From positions 62,001-126,000 of the forward strand of contig QPGO01000154.1 of assembly GCA_008632985.1 (NCBI GenBank): a stretch of DNA of 64,000 nt. Reading direction: 5' to 3'. This stretch comes from Psammoneis japonica (taxonomy: Eukaryota). The notes below the pieces were generated by a model that saw only the letters and a list, made by a program, of their open reading frames with translations, searched no databases and was not told where the DNA came from. A program made the position numbers and the translations under genes. Below, one piece after another: positions 48,962 through 59,964 of the stretch (positions are counted from its first letter, which is position 1; the number at the start of each line of letters is the position of its first letter).

Positions 48962-50075
48962 ATGGCGCGCACTGCGTTGGACGAGGCATCACAAGACGGC
49001 GCGTTCAAGAGACGGGAGGCGTCTTGGCAGAACTGGATCAGCAGAGGTGAGTGTGCGTCTGTGCAGAGGTCACTGTGACTCTCTAGAAAAAACTTCTTGC
49101 TTTTCTCTTTTGTGCTGCAACCCAATCATGACAGAAAAAGGAGCTCGATTCCCTCCAGAAAAGAATCACTGTCATTTGTGTGTTGCCTGTGCATGCCCGT
49201 GGGCTCATCAGACTTTGCTGATGCAGGCTCTAAAGGGGCTGGAAGACAGCATTTCCATCACTGTGGTGCACCCTGTTTGGTGCAAGACAAGGCCCGACGA
49301 CGAAAGTGATGAACACCATGGGTGGGTGTTTGGCAATCCTGACGGAGAAGAGTTTCACAACACCATTGGTTTGGGTGGGCCTTTCCCCGAGGCTCTTCCG
49401 GGCAACAACCCAGATCCTTTTTTTAGCTCCTTCAGTGTGAGAGATTTGCATGAAGAAGCCAAGGACACAGATGGCAAGTGCACGGTCCCCATCCTGTGGG
49501 ATGCCAAGCTGGGTGCCATTGTCAGCAACAAATCCTCGGAAATCATGCAAGTGCTCAACTCGGAATTCAAAGATTTTGCAAAGAATCCAGATGTTGACTT
49601 CTACCCTGAGGAGTTGCAGACGGCAATTGACAGTGTCAATGACTGGATCTGTCTGACTGTCAACAATGGCGTTTGCTGTTGCGGCTTTGCAACTTCGCAG
49701 CAGGCTTGCGACAAGGCAATTGAGCAGTTGACGGATTCATTTGATCGAATTGACTCCATCCTTCAGAAGCAACGATTCATTGCAGGTGACAAAATGATGG
49801 AAGCCGACATTCATTTGTTTGTGACGTTGCTTCGATTTGATGAAGTTTGCATTGTTTGCTTTAAAGCCAACACCCGCAGCGTTGCCTTGACTCCGGCAAT
49901 TGTCAACTGCATGCAAGAGATCCACCAGACACCAGGAGTTGCGGACACAGTCAACATGGATCAAATCAAGATGCACTGTGTCGCCTCTCATCCAGATTTA
50001 AACTGCTGGTCAATTGTTCCTCGTGGACCTGACTCATCAAGTTGCTTCAGAAGCCACACAATCGATCGGAGGTGA
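48962..50075 (+). pseudogene. Glutathionyl-hydroquinone reductase (GST Xi/omega-like, YqjG/ECM4 family) inactivated by hypermutation; intron 49047-49134
   Basis: CPWAH, LKGLE, TVPILWD, NNGV..CGFA, LLRFD and SHP motifs. Conserved Tyr appear as Cys/His and conserved Arg as Gln/His/Cys. Apparent 1-nt frameshift after GPD. Confidence 0.9.
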
Positions 50076-53020
50076 GCCAAGAAATTGAACACAGCCCAGC
50101 AGCAAGCAAAAGAGTTTGTCAAACTTTCATGCAAGTGGCATTGCCCGAAATGAGTGCATGATGCAGTTTCAATGGCGACAAAGATTTGTCTCGTTTGCAT
50201 TTGTAAGTTGTTGCTGTTGTGGAATGTCTTGAACCGTGGCCGATGACATGTCATCCTGATCGGATTGCCCACAACCATTGGACAGCTTTTCAAGTTAAAA
50301 GTCAACTGATGGAGCACACAAAAGATTCTTGGAAGCACTCGTTGACCAATGTCGGTCACCAAGACACTGTGAAGCACTAAAAAGTCAAGAAAGAATGTTT
50401 GCATGAAGGAAGATAGATCGCATCAAACATGAGTTGAAACCAACATGCCACGCGCACATGCCACAAAGTCAGCTCTCTAGTCTAAATGACGAATGGCAGA
50501 TTTGATGTTGAGTGGGATTGCCCCATGCATTTCTTTTTTCTGTTCTAAATTGCTTGGCACTTGTCTTAATTTTTACTTGCAACAATCGAGAGTGAATTCT
50601 GTGATTCGGTGAGTTGGTCATGACCAACTGGACAGCTCCAGTTGGTTCCCTCACCACAGTGAATCAAGGCATCACAGATGCCTCCTCATGTTGCAAAGTG
50701 GAATTCTTCCCTTGATTGCTTCCCAACAATGATGCGGATTGTGCCTGACGATGATGAGCCTGGACCCTTTCCTTGCGCTTGGCGGCTTGCACTTCCTGAT
50801 GCATGTGGAGAAAAAACGGAACATCTTCGGCCAGTCGATGACGACGGAGCTTCTTCTGAGCAGCGGGCTTTTCGTTTGTGCCAAAGCGACGGGCATTGAT
50901 GAGATTTTTACGTGCCAATGCTTGTGTCTTTCGGCGATCGAAGGGAGAGTCATGTTCCTTGTCCTTCGAACGTTTGCTCTTGTGGACTTTGCGGATGGTG
51001 CGTTTGCAAGTGGTCATGGCGGTTTTGGCACTTTCGTTTCACGAGAAGAGTCTTCAACGTCATCAGAATGGCTGGCAGTGCTCGATCGCTTTCTCTTTCC
51101 ATTGTTCGACTGCTCGATGGGAAACTGGATTAGAAACATCTTGGATGGCTTGGTCTCAAGGACTCGGACAGTCGCGACGCACGTCTCGTCAACGCTCGAA
51201 ATTTGAATGGCTTGCTTCAACGCGATGAAGACGGCAAAGGCAAAGAGCTCATGTTCGATGGGGAACAGAACAGCACCGTCAACGATGGCAAAGAGCGCCA
51301 TGGTGAAAAGAAGAAGAGAGGTCTGCATGATGATTGACAGCAGCAAGATGCAAGTCAATGCTTGATCAGGTGGTCAAGTTTGGAATTGTGAGAGGATCAG
51401 CGTGATTGCTGTTTCGAAGGCTTGCCCGGACAGGATTGCCTCAACATGCCAGGTGTTGCATGGCTTCTACGGGAAGTTGTCATCTGTCGAAGTGCGTCAT
51501 CAGCAAAAGCAGGCTGGCAGGTTTTGTTCACAAAATGCGACAGCACCAACTTCACACCATGCTGTGCACTGATTTGTGTGCAGAGCTCACAAACACTCAT
51601 CAAACTTTACAAACACGAATTAAAATGATCATTGTGTGTGTGTGTGGCAGTGATGCAAAGAATGTGCATGAAACAAAAGTTGTGGGGATTGGGCGGAAGC
51701 TCTTTTGCGATGTTGATCACGCGCACGCGCTTGCGTGCTTGCGCATGCAGCGTCATGTGGCGCTGGCCACTCTGGCTAGACAGCTGCAGCAGCAGCTCTC
51801 TAGCTAGAGCAGAGCAGTTGAACACGTTCATTTTTGCGTTGCTCGTTTGCTTGGCTTGATTGGCGCTGGCCCACAAAATGAATGAAGCAGTCAACAAGAC
51901 ATGCAGCGCTTTTTTGTGGGTCAATGAGTGCGACTGGAAAAAGATGAGATGCCAAAATCAGGCAGAGAAGAGGAGCAAAGCACAGCTCTGCACCCCCACC
52001 TCCTTTTCTCTGAGAAACAAAAGTTTTTTGTGCACCATCTCAAGTCTGGCTGTCTCACCTCCTTGGTGCAGTCAACAAATGATGGAATCACTTGAAAGAA
52101 GTCACTTTTCAATGGCCAGACAGCCTGCTTTTTGAGCATGCGTTGTGGGCAGAAGAGCGGCCACACAGGGGTGCAGAGTGGCATGCAAAATGCACACACA
52201 AAACACAAAGAGTGCAGCACAGTGGACAGAACCAGCATCATGAAGTCTGTGGCTCATGACACAAGTTTTGAAAAGTGCAGGTTGGCAGTTTGTGTGGCAA
52301 TGGCAGAAGCCTGGGTGCTGGCCACAGCTTCAAAATCAAATCCTCCACCCAGCATGATTCAGAGACAAGTTCACAGGGTGTCCAAATGTGCAGCTCTTGT
52401 GAGCAAGTGGAGGGCACAACACTGTTTTTGTTTTCCATTGGCTCTCATCAGCTCTCAGAAGTCAGGGGCAATGTTTTGAACCTGGCTTGCATTGCTGTTG
52501 ATTTTTTGTTGAACCCCATCTGTTGCTTCTTCTGTTTTTCATTGGCGCGCCAATTTGGACTCAAAGAATGATGTGTCTGTTGGCACTGCACATGTTGCTG
52601 TGAGTCACTGGGAAAGTGCATCATGCAGCACTCTTCAAGGATTGCTTGCAGCTTCATGTTTGTCTCAGTCTTCAGGTCAGTTGTGTGATGCTGCAACAGC
52701 ATGTTTTGCTTTGGAGCCAGTTTGATTTGCAGAGCAAGTCTCAATCTCCCTCTTGACCACAGAGAGGTGTCAATCATTCTGCACCTGACTCTCCATTCTC
52801 TGCTCTCAGCACCTGCTCTTTTTGCTGCTTGGATGGGTGCCAATGGCTCAGATCATGGGTCGCCAGCACCAGTTTGTGACACTGGACATTGCTGCCTCCT
52901 TTTTGGGGGGTGCTGAGCACACTGCGCAATTGAGGCTGCAGGCTTTTTGAAGCCAGGTCAAGCAAAGGTTGGGCACACCCACTTTCCTTCTTGCAAAGCT
53001 CCCAGTGGTCTCATGCAGAG

Positions 53021-54130
53021 TGATCCTGCATCTCCTTGATCATGGCTTCTTTGAAATGGGTGGCACTTTGCAGCTTTGTGCAGGTGCACAGCACTGGGAT
53101 TGGCCAGCGCTTTTGTGGAATGTGCAGCAATGAGGCCATCATGCTGACTCTGACTCAAGGTCCTGTTCTGAGCACATGTTTTGGCCCGGTGCATTAAATT
53201 CAACCCCTCAAGAGACTGTGTTGGCTTGTCTTGCAATCTCCAATTTCTGTCATGCACTGTGCTGGCTGAACTGTGCGTGGCCATCTGCACAGGTGGCAGC
53301 GGCTCCAGCTCAGGAGCACCAAACTCAGGTGGCAGCCCAGGGTTTCAGACTCTCCCTCACTCCTTGCAGCAATTGCATCTCCCTCTCATTTGGTGTTTTT
53401 TCCTCTGAAGAATGAGTGCTTGCTGAGGGACATCAGCTCTCTTGTTGCTGAGGAGTGAGATTGGCTCACAAGGTCTTGATCTGCATCTTCTGCTCAATCT
53501 TTTCATTGAGTTGTGGTTGCACTTTTGAGTCTCAAAAGTGACATGTCTCTTGCCAGTGGGGCTCAACCAGGCAGGACCTGAGCATCTTGAACAAATTGAC
53601 AAATCCCAGATCATGCTGAGGTGCAAGACCATGCCCGTCATTGAGTTCAGTGCAAGAGCAACAGAGTGCAAATGCCATGGTGATGGTCCACCAAGGTGCA
53701 GACCAACTGAAGAGCATGAACCCCACTTTGGCACAGACTTGCTTGATTGCAGCTTGTTGTCAAGAACACAGATTGGACATGCAAATGGATGAAAGGGCCA
53801 AATTTTAGTTTTTTGGGTGCATTCATGTGAAGTGCTCAATTGGAGGTGTGTCTTGCCCAGTTGCAGGGGGATGCAGTTGTGCACAGCACTTGCGTGTTGG
53901 ATGGCACACGACCATGGGGTGACCACTGCCTTTGGCCATTGATGCTTGGCATGGGTGAGTTGAGTTTGTGCTGACCACAACAGGGGGGAAGCTGATTTGC
54001 ACCTGTCTTTGCAGATGGATGTGCTTGAAGTGAGCAAAATGGCTGTCATTGGCATGACAGCAGCAAGTCCAAGTGCTTGCTCCTAGAAAACAAGAATGAG
54101 ACTCAAAACCACACTTGGTTGCAACAGTCT
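53021..54130 (+). repeat. Dispersed repeat of about 1.1 kb, copy B
   Basis: Diverged direct copy of 44564-45737. Confidence 0.85.
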
Positions 54131-56199
54131 TGACCCCAACAAGGGAGAAACATGGGCTCAGTGGACCAACTGTGTGTGCCAGCAGAAGATTGACTTTTTT
54201 GTGACTCTGTGGAGTTTCTCATTTTGAATGACTGAGTGCAAGAAAGCTTTTAAGCAGAGCATTTCCTTTTGGTTGCAACAGAGCCAACAGTGGCACACAC
54301 ACAGAACATGTCAAAAATGACCTCTGCCAGGTTTCAACATGTGAGCCAATGTGATTTTTTCCATTGGCCCCTTCATGGAGACATGGCCGGAGAAGCCAAT
54401 GTTGCACAGTTGGTGCAACAAGAGACTGTTTGAGTGCAACAATTAAAAAATTTGATGAGGGTCAATCCTCTGAACCAAAGAGCTTGCACACACAGGAGGT
54501 CCACCAGCAGGCAGCTTTGATGAGGGCTGCCTGGACACACTCACAAGTGCCCCGGCCGGGGTGCTCAGAGGCACTGCAAAAAAACACAAGGGAAGTGCGG
54601 GAGAATTGCAAAACCATGAGCTGTCAAAAAAATGCCTCTGCTCACTGATCCATCCTCACCTGCCTGCCTGTGGTGAACAACCAAAAATCAAAAAATGGAC
54701 AAAACGGACTCACTTTCTCCCTCTGCCACCAAATTGAATCTTGCTCATGACCAACCACCTTGCACTGCACTGCATCAACCAGCAACCAGGCATCCACATG
54801 CCGGTGCATGCAGTCCACTGCAGATGCCATCTCCATCTCAGCACTGATGCAAGATGCGAGTGCACTTTCTTCTTTCTTCTTGACTGCAACAAACCTCTCA
54901 AGAGCAAAGTGCACCATGAAGACACCACCCACCCACCTCCGTTCAGCAGTCACTGGCGGTGGTCCTGGAGGCATTTTCTTTTGCCGTGCTCTGGCAACAT
55001 GCCAACCAAGAGCTGCAAGCAGAGAGAGGTTCAAAAGCACAAGCTTTGCTGCAGTTTGCAACTTGCTTGGAGCATGTTGCTGCAGTTGGAGGAGTTTGGA
55101 GAAGTCAACGAACCTTCACCAAAAATGACAAGGAAGATTCTGGCAAGGAAAATGACAGCAACAACAACAACAATGATGATCTTGGCAACAAGTCATGTCA
55201 GCTGAGACTGGTCAAAACCACAAACATGTCTTGTGGGTTGGCGGCAGATGTCCCGCCAAAGACTTCACTCATGGGCATCAAGTGCAAAGCAAAATGAGTC
55301 TGTGTTGGCAGAAGCTCCAACAACAATGTCATCACGTGGACAAGCAGCTGGCCTCAAGACAAGGTGGAGCCAAACAACCACCTGCTGCCTTGGCAGAAGA
55401 TGGCAAAGTCATTCAATTTGCCAAGGCCAATCATGTCTTTTGGACAAGCACAAAATGTGATGCGAGATTGCATCCAAGGTTTGTGACATTGACACCACAA
55501 TCTTTTGCATGGGGTGTGCTCCCAACTTGGACATGTTGGACAAAAAATTGCGCAAGCCACACGCTGAGCAACAAGCTGGTGCAGGAGGCATGTTGGTGCT
55601 CTCTAGACTCACTCTACAAACAAGACTTGGGGAAGTGTCACACAGGTTCACAAACAGTCAATTTCTCCAAAACGTTTGTCACACTGCACCAACAAATCGG
55701 TGACAGGCACATTCTTTCCCACACAACAACAATCTGCGGGCAGCAGCATGGTTGTTGCTGCTGCTCAGGCTTGCCAAATGCAAAAAAAACATTCTTTTTC
55801 TTTCTCACGTGTGTGATGCAACCCAAGAAACAATGCTGCCACCAACAGAATGCACCATCTGTCAAAAACCCTTTTCCCATCTTGCTTTTGCTTTGTGCGC
55901 GGGTTGCTCTTCCACCGCTTCAGCCCCATCACACCCGCTCACCTTGTGAACAAAGCACAGGGCTGCACAACCATGTGATGCAATTGGGTTGTTGCAAGCT
56001 TGCCAGCTCAAGCTTTTTTTGATTTGTGGAGCCATGGAGGCAAGCCAGCAAGCTCAGATCCCCCTTCTCGTTTCATGCTGGACCCCCCCAAAAGCTCAAA
56101 ATCTCCCCAAGCCATCCAGCGCGCACTTTCCAAATGATTGGCACAAATGGTGGCTTGACTCTTGATCTTGTCATGGCAGGAAAACTTGTCCTTTGCATT

Positions 56200-56840
56200 G
56201 ACAAGCATGGGTGATGTCTTGGCAGCTCTGGCCTCGTCAACAATCTTTCTGTTTCAGCCTCGCACTCGAGCAGATCCTTGAGCAAACTGGGCCAGCAGTG
56301 CTGAGCCATTTCGCCATTGCCACGAATCTTCATTTTTGTTCAATCACAACTGGAGTCACCCCTTTGCAACCCAGTGTGGCAACAAAATCATCATTTTTGC
56401 AAACGAGTGTTTGAAGCAACTCACAAGCGCGTTTGAAGACATCCTTGTCAAACTGCTCACTTTTCACAACCTTCAGGACCGTGCCAACAAGAGAAGGGTG
56501 CTTTTGCAGACAACATTTTTGGCATGGGAATTGCAGAGTGAAATGTGGTTGAGCATGTGCACAGTGCATTGTCGTTTCTTTTGTCGACTGAGGGAGTTGT
56601 CAACGCCTGTCAGCGAAAGGCCGCGCCCATGCGCACCAACAACTTCGCTGCAGCAATGCAAGCATGGATCATCAATGGCACCCTCATCCATGAGCAAAGT
56701 GGCAAGATCTTTTGCAGCTTTGGAAATGGCCTCAAAGCCATCTCTCCATGCACAAAGCCTCGCACAAGAGCTTGGATGAACCCGATGCTCTCGAATCTTT
56801 TTGCATCTCTGATGCTTTGCATTTTCGATCACTGGCAGTG
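56200..56840 (-). pseudogene. Degraded helical (ARM-like) protein gene fragment
   Basis: Broken frames FEAISKAAKDLATLLMDEG / VGTVLKVVKSEQFDKDVFKRACELLQTLVCKNDDFVATLGCKGVTPVVIE look amphipathic-helical. Confidence 0.3.
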
Positions 56841-58299
56841 TTCATCTTCAATTCGGTGGTTTGGGGGTGGCGGTGGCTGCTTTGCACTGTGGCAGGTGAC
56901 AGCGATGCTGTGGAGCAACCAGCAACCCTACGATGACGACTTCTGCTTGTCTCATCCATCCGGCAACAACAATCTTCCGCTTTCACTTGGCTTCCATTTA
57001 CCGGCATTTTGATTTTTGTTTTTTGCTTTGCGTTGCTTGCTTCCTTTCAGCTTGTAGAATTATTTCTACGTACATTCTACCTACAGTACAAAGACACGTA
57101 CACGCCTACTGCACACTTTGCAATCTAATAGTCGCGCACGTACAATCAATATCCAGACCGGCGCCTATTATAGGCGCTGGCTGGCTCAAGGGCTGGCTCG
57201 CTCCCGCTCAGTGATGGGTGATGGAACCTGTTCGGTCTGGGTCTCTTTCCATGGCGTTGGTACTCTAGCTCTACTAGCATTGAAGCAAGCGTCTGGTGGT
57301 AACCTCCGTCAAGCACGATTGGGGTCTCCAAAGAACATGATGATATGGTTTCATTTGGCAGTCGCTCTGGAACGATTGGAGAAAGCTAAAGACAGAAGAC
57401 AGAATTGATGGACATGCTACGTCGCTGCGAAGCCGAGCACTTGCTTGGCTAGTCGATTCTTGGGGCTACATTCGTTGGCATACTCGCAAAATCCCCTCCA
57501 CAAGAACAATCTGTACTACGGTGGTTCACGTGATAAGCTGCAAATTGCGCTCGACGCTGCTGAACCTCTCGTCAAGCAGAGCGGGTGGCTGTATGAATTT
57601 GCGTGGCGCCTTCTAATGCAGATGACCCCAACCTTTCCGCGGAAGTGCGGATTAAATCTGACGAGTCGTCAAAAGAACGACCCTGTGAACGTTTGCTTTT
57701 GCTCCCTTTCTTCTCACGAAGGCATTGACTGACTTTTTCAAACGCGTCCTCGTGAGACACCACCGTCCAAACATGTTGCCTCTCATTCTTTTCTCATGAA
57801 TCTTCCTGGAGGAGAGAGACCTTGAATCTCGAAATCAACAAAGAGTACAAGCTTCCTTTCAATCTAGACGACTCACGTCCAATCGTCGTTTTGTTCATGC
57901 CGCGAGTCAAGAGAGTTCGGATGAAATCATGGGCAGCAGTCATCGCCATAATAACGACCTGGACGGAGTTTGTCGCCATCTCGAATTGCCAAATCCTATC
58001 GAATGCAATGTATGAAAAATAATGGGGTGACCACTGCCAATACCAATTCTACTACTCAGAAACAACAATAGTATGGCTCGTATCAAGAGGATGACTTGTT
58101 AACGTCGTCTACAAACGACGATGACGGTACGCTAACATGTGTTGGACAAGTGGTTGCTGGTAGTCGTGCTCCCAAGACTTTCAATCATGATGATTCTTGT
58201 GCAGCCAATAATGATGCCAAACAGAGTTGGTTGAATCAAGGTGGTGGCGGTGATCAACACCGTAATTCCGCGTCACTGTTGCCGCATCAAAACAGTGTC

Positions 58300-59041
58300 G
58301 TGTTGCGCATGGATTATGAAAGCGATGGCAATGACTGCAATAAGAGGGGTGGTGGTGGTGTAGCAACCAAGCAGAATAACGATCCGCCCCTCCACCCGAC
58401 TCGGTCATTGAGCCTTCTTGTCGCACTGTCGGAGGAAGACGATCGTACCTTTGATTACGGATCACTCCTCGAAGAGAGTACACACGGGTGCTTTGATACG
58501 CAACAAGGAGAGGCACAACGCAAACCAAGGAGGGAATGGATCAACAAGCCAGTGTTGGCTTTGATCAAGAAGCATCATCGCCACTCATTAACAAAGATGA
58601 TGTTAAGTTTTAAAAGAATGCCGCCGGTCAAGCCAAGGCGGGTGTCGGAGTGGTGGCGGCCGGTGCCGTGGGAGGGTTGCTCTTGGGGCCTGTCGGTGTA
58701 TTGGTGTGGGTGCCATGCAGATTCCAGAAGAACAGCGAGCCAATGTAAAAGAAAAGGCGACAAACGCCGTCTATTCAGCAACGGACAAACTCTCGACGAG
58801 CTGTGGCACGGCGTGTATACAGTCTGGTATCGTGGATCAACTACCTCCCAAAATGACGCAGTGTTACACTGGAACGGTCGCAGAAGAAGGTACAGTCGTC
58901 ACCACAATGATAGAGCCGGATAATGCGCAAGACGCGGCCAGCAAGGGAGCGTCCGAAGTAGCAGCAGCAGCAGCAGCAGCAAACGATACCAGCATGGAGA
59001 AGAGCGGTGTCGATGCTTTAACAGCACCATGCGAGGGTTGA
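58300..59041 (+). pseudogene. Frameshifted gene fragment with a glycine-zipper-like segment
   Basis: An alternative frame gives GVGVVAAGAVGGLLLGPVGVL, continuing after a shift into GAMQIPEEQRANVKEKATNAV. Confidence 0.3.
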
Positions 59042-59964
59042 TTCCGGAGCAACGACACGCAAATCAACGTCTCCATCTCGGAGAGCTGCGTGCTTGCGAG
59101 AAGCTAAGGATTGCGCCCAACAGTGCGTTTGCTACTTGTTGTTGTAACGCGCATTGAAGAAAGGCTCAAACACATTTTGCACAATCTCACTTGTTGTAGT
59201 GAGAATAGTTCCAGTAAATCAGATTCATTGGCTGAGTGCAATACAGCAGCCTCGTGCATGGCTGATGTCATGGAATGTACTTTCTGCCGTGGTACTTTAT
59301 GTCTAGTCAATCCAGCTAGTTTCTCACGAGCGACACATTTGTATTGATTGCTTAGAAACATGCACGGGTAATTCTTGATGTAAGTGCAAAATAGCTACTG
59401 AGTTTTACTGATTGGATAAACACGTGGTTGCTCACCATTTTTTCGTCATCCGCCAAATGTTAAAACCATTGTGTCACCGTCAAAGCTTTCGCGCACAGAT
59501 TCGAGTGCCCAGTAGCTCAAAATCAAATACAATCAATTCGTTGTCCATGAAAGATATAGGAAAGACAGAAAGTTGCTTAATATGGGTCGAGGGTGATTCT
59601 CGCTATGGCTATGGAGAGAGATCCGAGGTGAGAAAGGGTGTAAGACCCTGCTAAGCGGTGTCAAAGGCGAGCTAAGTAGTACGGCACCCCCCTCCTCGTT
59701 CACAGCTGCCCTGGCTCAGGCCCACAGAACGAAAAAAAAAAAAAACTCTCCACCGTCCACCAAAACCCCGGGGCAAAAGCCCCTGCGCAACAATCTTCCA
59801 GTTCAAGGCTTTACCGGCATGCATTAGGTACGGTACAAAACTGTTGCTCTGACCATGGTGGAAGCTACCGGCATTTACAAGACGGTTCTTCATCCGACGT
59901 GGATGCCTTGGTTTCGCTGAGCTTCTTTGGTGGAGAGCGGATGGGACTTGGAGGCACGCTACGA

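Larger units (their letters stand above)
43480..56920. other. TAY-depleted (A-to-G hypermutated) block 2, partly also CpG-depleted; degraded repeats and gene copies
   Basis: Remaining TA is mostly CTAG/TTAA/CTAA/TTAG. ORFs in all six frames almost lack Tyr and are rich in Cys, His and Gln. Confidence 0.9.

Noticed and set aside
48962..50075. Alternative genetic code or RNA editing explaining Cys for Tyr
   Set aside because: Neighbouring genes use TAY for conserved Tyr normally, and the same change affects non-coding repeats on both strands.
43480..56920. Classical fungal RIP or CpG decay as the sole explanation
   Set aside because: C-to-T processes create or leave TA. Here TA is lost, and paired copies show ta becoming tg or ca.
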